Origin: Naegleria gruberi
Lineage: Eukaryota
NCBI GenBank assembly: GCA_000004985.1
Contig: GG738859.1
Length of the DNA: 64,000 nt
Reading direction: 5' to 3' (one strand)
Position 1 is the stretch's first letter; every line of letters begins with the position of its first letter. Shown here piece after piece: positions 51,601-62,370 of the stretch. A program made the position numbers and the translations under genes. The notes beneath the pieces were generated by a model. It had not been told where the DNA came from, made no database searches, and worked only from the letters and a program-made list of their open reading frames with translations.

Positions 51601-54600
51601 TTGATTCATTATTTGTGGATCATAAGGAGAAATTAGATGGAGAGAAGACAAAGCAACTTGTAAACTTTGTATTCCTTTTCTGTTATATTTGGTCTATTGG
51701 TGCCAATATTGTTGATGAATCCATGGAGAAGTTTGATAGATTTGTTAAAGAAAAGTTCAAGAAGGCTAATATTGTACCATCCAATGGATCTGTTTATGAC
51801 TTCTTTGTAGATTTCGAGGCAGTCTCTTTTACTACATGGGAAACCTTGAAACCTACATTCTCCTATTCAGGAAATGTTCCATTTTATGAAATTATTGTCC
51901 CAACAGTTGATACTGTTAGATATTCATATCTCATTAAGACCTTACTTAAAAATGAAAAGCCAGTTTTGTTCAATGGTAAGACTGGTGTTGGTAAGACCTC
52001 TATGATATTCAATGCACTTCAAAACTTTGAATTTAAACATAAGGGTGAATCATTTGCAACTGAACTTGTATCAGTTCAATTTTCAGCAAGAACCGATAGT
52101 GGAAGAACTAGAGAAATGATAGAAAGTAAACTTGTGGAAAAGAAGAAAGCTCTTTATGCGCCACCAGGAAAGAAGGTTGTTATATTTATTGACGACCTCA
52201 ATATGCCTAATCTTGAACAATTTGGTGCTCAACCTCCAATTGAACTTATTAGACAAATGATTGGATGTGGTGGTTTCTTCGATGTTTCTAACAGAGAAGA
52301 ATTCCCTTGGAAGATGGTTCATGATTCTACTGTTGCAGCTGCATGCGGTCCTCCAGGAGGTGGTAGAAATCCAACAACACCAAGATTAATAAGATTATTC
52401 CACCTCTTTAGAGTACCTGAATTGTCAAAGAATAGTATGACTTTAATCTTTGAAAGTATTCTTGATGGATTCTTTACATTCAACTCTTTCAGTGAAGATA
52501 TTAGAAGTTCAACAAAACCAATAGTTAAAACAGCTATTGATTTGTATGGTAGAGTTTGTGATAGATTCAGACCAACTCCAAGTTGTGCTCACTATTCTTT
52601 CAACTTAAGAGATTTATCAAAGATTTTCCAAGGTATTGTTCAAGTTAAACCTTCTATGAAGGATTCAAATCAATTCCTTAGGCTTTTTGCCCACGAATCT
52701 TGTAGATGCATGTTTGATAGATTAATTAACTTTAAGGACAGAACTGACTTCTCCGCTATCCTTATTGAACTCTTAAAGAGGTACTTTAAAGGACAGAACT
52801 GGGAAGATTCTGATTTCTTAGGTGATAGAGCTATTGCATTTGGTAATTTCATGGAAAATGGAGATAGTGAGGAAAAGCCATATGTCCAACTCAATTTGGA
52901 TAAAATGCAAACTGAGCTTGATGATTACCAAATGAGATACAATCTCAATAATACAGGACAACTTGATCTTGTTTTCTTCCCTGATGCCGCAAAGAATATT
53001 ATTAGAATTGCCAGAATTTTATCTCAAAAGAGAAGTAACGCGTTATTGATTGGTGTAGGTGGTTCTGGTAAACAAAGTCTCACTCGTCTTTCCTCTTTCA
53101 TTGCAGGATATAAAACATTTGAAATTAACCTCAAGAGAAATTATGATATTGATGACTTTAGAGAAGATCTCAGAAGTTTATTTAGAATGGCAGGAGGTGT
53201 TGAAGGAGGACCAATGGTATTCCTCATTACAGACTCCCAGATTGTTGATGATGCATTCCTTGAGGATGTTAATAATATTTTGAACTCTGGTGAAGTTCCA
53301 AACTTATTCCCTTCTGATGAAAAGGAAAAGCTTATTAATGAACTCAGACCATTAGCTCAAAAAGCAGGTATTACAGAAACTAGAGATGCTATTTATGCCT
53401 ATTTTATCAGAAGAGTCAGAGATAACCTTCACATTGTTATTTGCATGAGTCCTGTTGGTGATGATTTCAGAAGAAGAATCAGAATGTTCCCATCCCTTGT
53501 TAACTGTACCACTATTAATTGGTTTGATGAGTGGCCAGCTGTTGCGTTAAGAGGTGTTGCTCAAAGAAAGTTTGAGAAGATCAATGTTGGTAATGAGCAT
53601 ATTAAGCAAAAGCTTGTAGACACCTGTGTATTAGTACATAGTGATATTACAGAAATAACAAAGAGGTTTGAGGATGAAACAAGAAGAAAATTCTATATTA
53701 CTCCTTCTCATTATTTGGAATTTATTAATTTCTATGGTGAATTATTGGAAGAGCAACGTCTTGAATTAAAGGAAGCAAAAGACAAATTGCAAAAAGGTCT
53801 TTTCACTCTCCAAGAAGCCAATAACAAAGTAGCCTCTTGTGAAAAAGAAATTGAAGAACTTCAACCAATATTAGAACAAAAGACAATCGAAAATGCAGTT
53901 ATCACCAAAGAGGTTATGGAAAAGAAAACACAAGCAGACAAAGACAATGAAATTATCTCTGCAGAAAAGAAGGAAATTGACGAAAAGGCTAAAGTTGCTG
54001 AAGCAATGAAAAGAGATGCTGATGATAAGTTGAAGGATGTTTTACCAGCTCTGGAAGAAGCTGAAAAGGCTGTCAGTGAAGTTGGTGGACCTGAATTGAA
54101 CTTGATTAGATCATATCAAAATCCTGTACAACCAATTAAGGTCACTTTAGAAGGTGTATTGATTTTGTTAGGCGAAAAGAAAACTGATTGGGAAGCTGCC
54201 CAAAAGGCTATGAGCTCTATGGACTTTAAGAAGAGAATTCTTTCCTTCAAGGAAACTATGAAGGAAAAGATGACTCCTCAAATTATAGCTAAAATCAAGA
54301 AATTGATGAAGGATGAAAACTTTACAGAAGCAGTTGTTTATAAGGCCTCTGGACCTGCTGGTTCTTTGTGTAAATGGGTTAGAAAGATGATTGAATACTA
54401 TGAAGTTGAAAAAATCGTACAACCATTGATGGACAGTGCTGCTGCTGCTCAAGAAGAATTAGAAAAGCTCTTGTCTACATTAAGAATCAAGGAATCAGAA
54501 TTGCAAAAGAAGACAGAATATCTTTATCAACTTCAACACCAACTTGAAGAAAATAGTAAGGAAAAGATTAGATTACAAGATCAAAAAGAAATTTCTGAAA

Positions 54601-57600
54601 GAAGACTTGTTGCTGCCAAGAAGCTTACAGTTTCATTGAAAGAAGAATATGAAAGATGGACCCTCTCTGTTGGAGAATTCGATGAAAGGATCAAGAATAT
54701 TGCTGGTGACATCTTTTTAGCCAGTGCTTTCATTATTTATTGTGGTCCATTAACTGCTCCTTACAGAAAAGAGTTACTCGATAAATGGTGTGGATATTGC
54801 AAGGATCAAGGTATTCCATTTAGTGACAACTACTCAATTGATAAGGTAATTGCTGACCCTATTGGTATCAGAGATTGGGGCATGCAGGGCTTGCCGATGG
54901 ATAATTATTCCATCCAAAACGCTTTAATAGTTACCAAGACAAAGAGATGGCCGCTTCTCATTGATCCTCAAGAACAAGCAAACAACTGGATTAAGAATAT
55001 GGAAAAGGGTAACACACTCAAGACATTGAAACAATCTGAAGATAACTATATCAAAACTCTGGAAAGTTATATCACAACCGGTAAACCTGTAATGGTCGAA
55101 GGACTTTCAGAAAAAATTGATCCAACACTCCAACCAATTTTGAGTAAGGAAGTTTTCAAGAGTAAGGGTAAATTAGTATTGAAGATGGGTAATTCTGAAA
55201 TTGACTTTAACCCATCCTTCAAGTTGTACTTGACAACCAAATTAGCAAACCCTCATTACTTACCAGAAATTTGTAACAAGGTAACTCTGGTTAACTTTAC
55301 AGTTACTTCAAAGGGTTTGGAAGACCAATTACTTGCAGATGTAGTCAGAATTTTGGAATCAAGTCTTGAAGAAGAAAGAGACAGGCTTATTGTTAGTGTC
55401 GCCGACGACAAGAAAACTTTGAAGAAGATTGAAAAGAAGATTTTGGATAGCTTGTCATCGGTCAAAGAGGACGAAAATATTCTTGACAAGACTCAAATTA
55501 TCAAATCTCTAGATGACTCTAAGAACACCTCTAATGTCATTAAAGACAGAGTTAAGATTGCTGCCGAGACAGAAATCAAGATTGAACTTGCCAGAGAAAA
55601 ATATAGAAGCATCGCCTCTCGTGGTTCCATCCTTTACTTTGTTCTTGCAGATTTGGCAAAGATCGATCCTATGTACCAATATTCTCTTGAATATTTTAAG
55701 GATATTTTCAATAAGTGTATTAGAATTACCAAAGATCAACATCCTTCATTAACCACAGACCAATTGCTTCCTATTTTAATAACCAACGTTACCGAATTTA
55801 TCTTTACAAACGTTTGCAGAGGTCTATTTGAGAAGGACAAGATTATTTTCTCCTTCTTGATTTGTGCAAGGATTTTAATGTTTGGCCAAGTAATTGATGA
55901 AAATGAATGGTTATTATTCCTTAGAGGTGCTCCTTTAACATATGATAGTAAGAATGAACTATCTGAATGGATTTCTGATATATCTTGGAATTTACTTACA
56001 GCTTTAGATGCCGAAATTCCTCAATTAAAGGGAATAACTGCCTCAGTAACAGGCCATGTCTTCACATGGAAAAAGTTCTTTGAAGATAATGAATCTTTCA
56101 AAAAGGTTCTTCCTCTTAATTGGGAAGGAAAAATCAAACCTTTCCACAAGCTTCTATTAGTTAAATGTTTTGCAGAAGAGCAAGTTTTGTTGGCAAGCAA
56201 GGAGTTTGTCAAAAACAATTTGGGTGAATCGTTCATTAGACCACCAGGTTTAGATTTGGAAAAAGCTCTTAATGACTCAACCCCTAGTACTCCAATTACA
56301 TTCATCCTTTCCCAAGGTGCTGATCCTACAAGTATGTTAAAGAGATTCGCAATTGAAAAGAACCATGAGTTGCATATTAAATCACTTGGACAAGGCCAAG
56401 AAACATCAGCCAAGAAGCTTATTGAAAGAGGAAGAAAGAATGGTGAATGGGTTTTATTACAAAATTGTCACTTGTTTGTTTCATTTATGCCTACTTTGGA
56501 AAATATTATTGCTGAATTCTCATCACCAATGGCTGTTGTACATAAGGACTTTAGATTGTGGTTGACATCTATGCCTTCAAAAGATTTCCCTATCCCAATC
56601 CTTCAAAACAGTGTCAAGGTAACTAATGAACCACCAAAGGGATTGAGATCAAATCTCAGTAGAACTTATAATGAAATTACCGATGAATACTTTTATTCAT
56701 TCGAAGATGGAGAAGAATTCCCTGATTGCAGTAAGAAATTGGCATTCAGAAAACTGCTCTTTGGATTGTGTTTATTCCACGGTGTAATTCAAGAGAGAAA
56801 GAAGTTCGGTCCTTTGGGTTGGAATATTAAGTATGAATTCAACGATTCTGATTTGAGTGTTGCCCAACTTTGGTTGAAGATGTTCTTGAAAGAAAGGGAA
56901 ATTATTCCATGGGATTCATTGAACTATGTTATTGGTGAAATTGTTTACGGAGGAAGAGTAACAGATCCAAATGATAGAAGAGCCCTACTAACTATTCTGT
57001 CTCAATATTTTGAAAAGAAAATTTTATCAAATGACTTTAGGTTCGCTCCTAACGATATTTATAAGGTACCATCTAGTGATCCAATTGAAGATTACAGAAA
57101 TTTCATCCTAGCACTTCCAGATAATGACGAACCAGCCATCTTTAACATGCATCAAAACTCGAACATGGTATTCCAAATGCAAGAAACACAGTACCTTATT
57201 AGTACATCTATGGGTACCCAAGCATTAAGCTCTGGTGGTTCAAAGCAACATCAAATGGATTCTATTGTTCAAGAAATTGCAAACAGTAAGTATTATTATA
57301 CCATATTAATTCTAATTTTTCTTTTAGAAATTATTTCCAAACTTCCTGAAAATCTTAGTAAAGCAGAGGCAGGTAAGAACACATTTATCAGAACAGAAAA
57401 AGGTGCTCTTCACTCTCTTTCCACTGTTCTTAGCCATGAAATGATGAAGTTTAACAAGTTACTTGATACAATTAGAAGCACTCTTGTTGAGCTCCAAAAG
57501 GCCATGGCAGGTTTGGTATTGATGTCTGGAGAATTAGAAAAGACATTCAAGAGCTTATTGAACAATGAGGTTCCAGAGTTATGGGCCGCATATCCTTCAA

Positions 57601-58151
57601 GAAAACCTCTTGGTTCTTGGATAGAAGATCTTGTTGAAAGAGTAGCATTCATGAGAGGTTGGTTGAGAAATGGATTACCAAAAGCATTCTGGCTGTCTGG
57701 ATTCTTCTTCCCTCAAGGCTTTTTCACTGGTGTTCTTCAAACTTACGCTAGAAAGTACAATGTAGAAATTGATTCCTTGTCATTCTCGTTCAGAGTTCTC
57801 TTCGAAATGACTCCTGAAGAAATCCATGAAGGCCCTGAGGACGGTGTTTATGTTTATGGTTTATACTTGAATGGTGCCAAGTGGAATAAGGAAAGAGACA
57901 CCCTAGAGGAATCAGAACCTGGAGAAATGAATGTGAAAATGCCAATTATTCACTTCCTTCCAGAGAAGAATCACAAAACATCACCAAAATGTTATGAGGC
58001 TCCACTTTACAAGACCAGTGAAAGAAAAGGAAAACTATCCTCTCTTGGTCAATCAACAAACTTTGTTATTTCAGTAGAGTTACCAACAGAAAAACCACCA
58101 GCCCACTGGATATCTGAAGGTGTTGCTCTGCTTTGCCAACTAGATATTTAA
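45658..58151 (+). CDS. DNAH: Axonemal inner-arm dynein heavy chain (single-headed IAD, DNAH7/DNAH12-like)
   Basis: The main body is a 3868-aa ORF, 46545..58151, co-linear with human DNAH7/12. AAA1 has GPAGTGKTET, AAA2 GPTGGGKS, AAA3 GKTGVGKTS and AAA4 GVGGSGKQS. The stalk coiled coils are present. The C-terminal blocks include …NCHLFVSFMP…, …FWLSGFFFPQGFFTGVLQTYARK… and …HWISEGVALLCQLDI. Upstream exons join through an intron at 46383..46431 (GTTAGT…TTTTAG), giving …YYTLSATGVTHFINGEAD|FTPLTRWVQEHDTF…. A candidate 42-nt in-frame intron lies at 57287..57328. A possible first exon is 45658..46156, joined by an atypical GTTGGT donor to an acceptor at 46199. Otherwise the ATG at 46226 (MEYVYLVPYQ…) is the start, so the start is uncertain. 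Confidence 0.9.
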
Positions 58152-58299
58152 TAAATGTATTTATTTAAATAATTTACAATACTTTATTCATAATTATGGA
58201 TGATATGAGTATTCAGTGCAAAACTCGATAGAATTTTTGAAAAATTTTTGTTGATAAAGATTACCATTCTCACTCCCCCAACATACTTATTTAACTTAG

Positions 58300-59016
58300 T
58301 CAATTAGAATCAATATACAACTCACCTTGATTACAAGATTGGCATTGAGTAAATTTATCTGTATTCAAGTATGTTTTTTCGAAAACTAAATGTTCAATAT
58401 CTTCTTTTTTTACCTCTATCACTTGTCCATTACAACTGAAACATCTTGCAAAAATATTTTCCTTTTTAAATATTATCTTAAATTCATTTACAACTTCCTT
58501 CAATTGGTCATATTTTCCTATTGATTTTACAATATAATATTTATACTTTTGCTGCTCTTCTTCTTGTACAATTTCAATAAGTTCCTGCCTTTCTTCCTCA
58601 ATTTCTTCTTCCGTTTTTGGTTTCATTAATCTTTGTTGAACTAGACTTTCAACTAAGGCTTTATCACCGAGTATTTTAATTTTCTTTTTATAATTTTCCA
58701 ACTTTTCTTCTTGTTGCCTAATTCTCTGTAAGAGTTTTGTAGATTTGGTTATGATCATTCTATCCTCATTCCTTGCCAGGTACAAAATATATGCATCAGA
58801 ATATTCATTGCTGTAAACAGCATCAACTCCTAATTTTCGTAAATGAGACCCAACACCACACAAAGTCCCATCAAGAATATACTTTCCATCATTTCCAAAA
58901 ATAATTTCCTCCTTCTGAATATCATTTTCTTTATTTTCCAATAATATTATTTCTTCTTCTTTTTGTTGATTATTTTCATTTGGTTGGTGAATTTCCTCTG
59001 AGATCTTGTCAGTCAT
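58300..59016 (-). CDS. Mut7-C-type (PIN-like) nuclease-domain protein with a C-terminal zinc ribbon
   Basis: This is a 238-aa ORF with an ATG start. The PIN-like block is …YILDGTLCGVGSHLRKLGVDAVY…. The C-terminus has CFSCNGQ…CQSCNQG, as in Mut7-C/DUF82 proteins. Confidence 0.6.
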   Translation of the reverse strand: MTDKISEEIHQPNENNQQKEEEIILLENKENDIQKEEIIFGNDGKYILDGTLCGVGSHLRKLGVDAVYSNEYSDAYILYLARNEDRMIITKSTKLLQRIRQQEEKLENYKKKIKILGDKALVESLVQQRLMKPKTEEEIEEERQELIEIVQEEEQQKYKYYIVKSIGKYDQLKEVVNEFKIIFKKENIFARCFSCNGQVIEVKKEDIEHLVFEKTYLNTDKFTQCQSCNQGELYIDSN

Positions 59017-59133
59017 TTTTTTTGAATTATTTTAATAATATTCAATCCCGAAGTTGCATTATTGAGAAAACTAGTGACAATCTTTACAATTTAATACCGA
59101 ATTTTCCAAAGTTTTAAAAACGTGTCAAAAAAA

Positions 59134-60090
59134 ATGGAATACAAACTCTCTCGTGAAACTTATGATTTGTATTGCTCTCTGTTGAGTAGTGCTGTAAAGA
59201 GTCATCGTTCTGGGAGTATTCTCACTCCATTTCCTATGTATTTTATGAAGAATTCAAAGAAGGATTTTGATCATTTGAAGAAGACCTTGTCCGAGATGCC
59301 TCAATCAGATCAATTATTTAAAAAACAAAATGAAATGATTTTTAGTGATATGAATAATAATTTAGTAGAGAAAATTCGGGAATGGATTGAAACCAATTGG
59401 AAAGATAAATATGAGGAATGTAATTTGGACGATATTGTTGCCTTGATGGAATTTATTATGAAGAAACAATCAAATAAGAAGTTTTCTGTTCATTATATTT
59501 CATACCAGGAGTATTTGAAAAAAAATCCAAAATTATTGATGAAACCAGATCATATATTTGAATTGAAATATAATAGTGATGAATTTGATAGGAAGAGTAA
59601 TGATTTTTATACAGGTTTTCATGGAAGCTCAATTGAAAATTTCTTTTCAATCATTACAAATTCGTTACAAAATTATTCTGATACTGAGCTAATGAGAACT
59701 GGAAATGCCTTTGGAAATGGAATTTATTTATGTGAAGATGTGAGAGTGGCAAGAGATTTTTCGAAAGGAGCTGTTATTGATTGGAAAAATACAACACTTG
59801 GAAGTTATTTATCTGCAGTTGTTCAATGTAAAGTAGTGGGTAAACCACATTATGCACTAAAGGGTCAACAAGAATCAAACGAAAAGAATAGATATTTGAT
59901 TGTAAATAGAAGCGAAGATGTTAGAATTCAATATGTTTTATTATTTTCCCATTTCAAAAATGAAAAAGAATTAGAAAGCTCAAGAAAGTTTTCCTATGGT
60001 ATGATCTATGTCTATATTATTCTCTTACTTGCTCTAATAATAGGAAATTATTGGAAGGATATCAAGAGAGAATTAAAGAGATATAATTAA
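59134..60090 (+). CDS. PARP16: PARP16-like mono-ADP-ribosyltransferase with a C-terminal tail-anchor TM
   Basis: The ORF is counted from its ATG, because the ORF-track start is a GTG. YTGFHGSSIENFFSIITNSLQ matches PARP16 LFHGSRLENFHSIIHNGLH. GNGIYLCEDVRVARDFS matches GEGTYLTSDLSLALIYS. RYLIVNRSEDVRIQYVLLFS matches [20 protein letters not shown]. The C-terminal hydrophobic anchor is GMIYVYIILLLALIIGNYW. Confidence 0.7.
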   Translation: MEYKLSRETYDLYCSLLSSAVKSHRSGSILTPFPMYFMKNSKKDFDHLKKTLSEMPQSDQLFKKQNEMIFSDMNNNLVEKIREWIETNWKDKYEECNLDDIVALMEFIMKKQSNKKFSVHYISYQEYLKKNPKLLMKPDHIFELKYNSDEFDRKSNDFYTGFHGSSIENFFSIITNSLQNYSDTELMRTGNAFGNGIYLCEDVRVARDFSKGAVIDWKNTTLGSYLSAVVQCKVVGKPHYALKGQQESNEKNRYLIVNRSEDVRIQYVLLFSHFKNEKELESSRKFSYGMIYVYIILLLALIIGNYWKDIKRELKRYN

Positions 60091-60651
60091 TTACTTGTTA
60101 TTTTCACTTTCCCTTAGTTCAACAATTTTGTTTCGTTCAGTGACAATTTCCTCCCACAATTTCTTGTTTTCTCTTTGTCTCTTTCTTTCTCCTCTCTCCA
60201 GAGCCCTCTTAAAAGGTGGTGAATCTTCCTTTAAGTATTCAACACACCAGAGAGCTGAATAATAGGCAATAACAGCCAGTATTGGATATAAAATTAATTT
60301 TTCATACCATTCAAAATCTGCTTTTGATTCTGCAAGTTTGACATATTCCTCATACTTTTTATCAATTACCTTCTTTTTCTTTTCAAATAATTCATAATCA
60401 AAATTTTTATCATTCTTTAATTCTTGTAAATCCAATTTTTTAATTTGCTGAATATCACTTCCTTCCTTTTCCTTGACATCGTTATTATTTTGATTTTCCA
60501 ATTTAATATTACTATAAAATGTTCTCTGTATCAGTGTTGCTGTATTATTAGTATTAATAATTGTTCCATTGATTTTATTGCTTCGGAGGAGTGGCACCAA
60601 GATGTTTCTTATTGTTGATGGTGAAGAGAGTTGTGATCGTAACTTGAACAT
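60091..60651 (-). CDS. Hypothetical mitochondrial-targeted single-pass membrane protein
   Basis: This is a 186-aa ORF with an ATG start. The N-terminus (MFKLRSQLSSPSTIRNILVPLLRSNK…) looks like a mitochondrial presequence. There is one TM helix (LILYPILAVIAYYSALWCV) and a K/E/R-rich C-terminus. Its stop codon directly abuts the PARP16-like stop with zero intergenic bases. Confidence 0.45.
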   Translation of the reverse strand: MFKLRSQLSSPSTIRNILVPLLRSNKINGTIINTNNTATLIQRTFYSNIKLENQNNNDVKEKEGSDIQQIKKLDLQELKNDKNFDYELFEKKKKVIDKKYEEYVKLAESKADFEWYEKLILYPILAVIAYYSALWCVEYLKEDSPPFKRALERGERKRQRENKKLWEEIVTERNKIVELRESENNK

Positions 60652-60723
60652 TTTTTAATTTTGAAAATTATCAGTAGCTATTGCCTAAGGAATCATCAAA
60701 TATTATTAATAATAACAAATAAA

Positions 60724-61026
60724 ATGTCCTCTCTCGTTGAACAACAATCAACAACAAATGGTTTATCAATGATCAGACCTGATAGTGAAGTGGATTCCGA
60801 TCTTGTGATCAAGAGATTTAGATTAGACTATTTGAATGATGAAAAATTGTACATTCTCATCATTTTCCGAAAGGATACACCATCAAATATTTGGGTATGG
60901 ATTGGAGCTCAAGAGGCTCCACTCTTCAAATACCTGTCTGTTTCTTTGCAATCCAAATATGTAAGTGTTTTTGTGAATTCAAACAGAGAAATAATGAGAT
61001 TTAAATACACAGTCAACCTCTCTTAA
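60724..61026 (+). CDS. Small hypothetical protein of about 100 aa
   Basis: The ORF is counted from its first ATG (MSSLVEQQST…). I recognise no domain. The apparent GTAAGT at 60958 would give only a 26-nt intron and a premature stop, so I keep the ORF unspliced. Confidence 0.3.
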   Translation: MSSLVEQQSTTNGLSMIRPDSEVDSDLVIKRFRLDYLNDEKLYILIIFRKDTPSNIWVWIGAQEAPLFKYLSVSLQSKYVSVFVNSNREIMRFKYTVNLS

Positions 61027-61298
61027 TGGAGCTCTCAGTACCTCAGTAATGGGACATTCATCCATGGGACTTCCTTCTACAAGTTCTGGTATATCGGAAA
61101 GACTAACCATGAAGTTTAAGAAGGTATTTATTGTAAGCTATAACCTAAAAGAGGACCAAGATGGTCAAAAACAACTATTTGTTGAGAAGAATGTGTTCGA
61201 TATTTTCAAAAAACTTTTCAATTAATTTTACAATTTGTTATTAAATTAAATTAACAAAACCACTATTAAATTATTAAATAAATAAATTTCCTATTAAA

Positions 61299-61783
61299 TT
61301 ATTGTTGTTGCTTTGAACCGTGTTCCTTTTCCCATCTCAAGATGAAATCTGGCTTGTATTTTGGTAAAGTTCTTTCCAAATATGTGTCTCTATTACTGTG
61401 GATCTTCTTTGCAGCTAACAAATTTCCAGTTTTCTATATCCATGGTGATGATGAGGATTTAATAACAAATAAATAATATAATTTTCATAGTGAAAATTCA
61501 TGATGAAAAATTTGGTGTTGATGATGTTGTTATTTTGTTATTATGATGGCAAATAAAGCCAATCACATATAAATGATAATGATGGTGTCAAATATTCCTC
61601 TCTCTAACGGAAACTTACATTAACAATATATTCATTAGCAACAGCCAAACCGACCATGACAAAACCACTGACAACGAACAAAGATGTTGGATTGAAAGTT
61701 CTCAATGTCTCCTTCCAAGACATTGTTGCCAATCTTTGATACCATGCTGGTGAGGCTTTACCTTGTGGACCGTCAGTAACCAT
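61299..61783 (-). CDS. Small two-exon single-TM protein of 99 aa that is not in the ORF track
   Basis: Exon 1 is 61783..61619 (MVTDGPQGKASPAWYQRLATMSWKETLRTFNPTSLFVVSGFVMVGLAVANEYIVN). The intron is 61434..61618, 185 nt, GTAAGT…ATATAG. Exon 2 is 61433..61299 (KTGNLLAAKKIHSNRDTYLERTLPKYKPDFILRWEKEHGSKQQQ). Each exon is below the 60-aa ORF cutoff. The ATG sits in an A-rich context 27 bp from the divergent Neugrin-like ATG. Confidence 0.45.
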
Positions 61784-61810
61784 TTTTTTAATTGTAATTG
61801 TATCTAAAAA

Positions 61811-62341
61811 ATGAAGTCAAGTATGCTCTTGCATAAATTGAAGGCAACCAGAAGTGGAGCCTCTTTGCTTTCCAGAAATTTTTCATCATCATCAATTTGC
61901 TCTTTCCACACTAATACTTTGAATTTGGAAAATAATACATTTAATAACAATCTTTCTCAACCAATAAATCGTTTGGAATGGAAGCAAGCAATTTTATCGG
62001 ACGGAACAGTGTTTTATAGTCATCCAACATGGGAAGAAGTTGTTGCTGAAAAACAAAGAAGAATTGAAATGGCTAAGAATAATACAACTAACGGAACACT
62101 TAATGCTGCTCAAATACAAGTTGTTAGACAATTACACGAACAAGACCCAGCAAAATATACTTCTGCAGTTTTAGCAGCAATGTTCCGTGTTAAACCAACT
62201 TATGTTGTACAAGTAATCGATAGAATGGCTGTTCAAAGTGACAGAGTTAAATGGCAGGCCAAGAAGGAAATTAGAGCACTCAAGAAGAAGAATCAAAATA
62301 GACCAAGAAGAGGTACTAAGGAATATAACGACAAATATTAA
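61811..62341 (+). CDS. NGRN: Neugrin/Rrg9-family mitochondrial protein (tentative)
   Basis: This is a 176-aa ORF with a presequence-like N-terminus (MKSSMLLHKLKATRSGASLLSRNFSSSS). AAQIQVVRQLHEQDPAKYTSAVLAAMFRVKPTYVVQVI resembles the neugrin core AMEQIRYLHEEFPESWSVPRLAEGFDVSTDVIRRVL. Confidence 0.5.
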   Translation: MKSSMLLHKLKATRSGASLLSRNFSSSSICSFHTNTLNLENNTFNNNLSQPINRLEWKQAILSDGTVFYSHPTWEEVVAEKQRRIEMAKNNTTNGTLNAAQIQVVRQLHEQDPAKYTSAVLAAMFRVKPTYVVQVIDRMAVQSDRVKWQAKKEIRALKKKNQNRPRRGTKEYNDKY

Positions 62342-62370
62342 ACTATACATTTACTTATGGATAATTATAC

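Noticed and set aside
46545-58151. Many 60-140-aa minus-strand ORFs inside the dynein heavy-chain gene
   Set aside because: They run antisense to an 11.6-kb exon whose product is co-linear with DNAH7/12 throughout. They are statistical by-products of the long AT-rich coding region.
60958-60983. GTAAGT…AACAG as an intron in the small 60724..61026 gene
   Set aside because: It would be only 26 nt long and splicing would create a stop codon two codons later. The unspliced ORF is retained.
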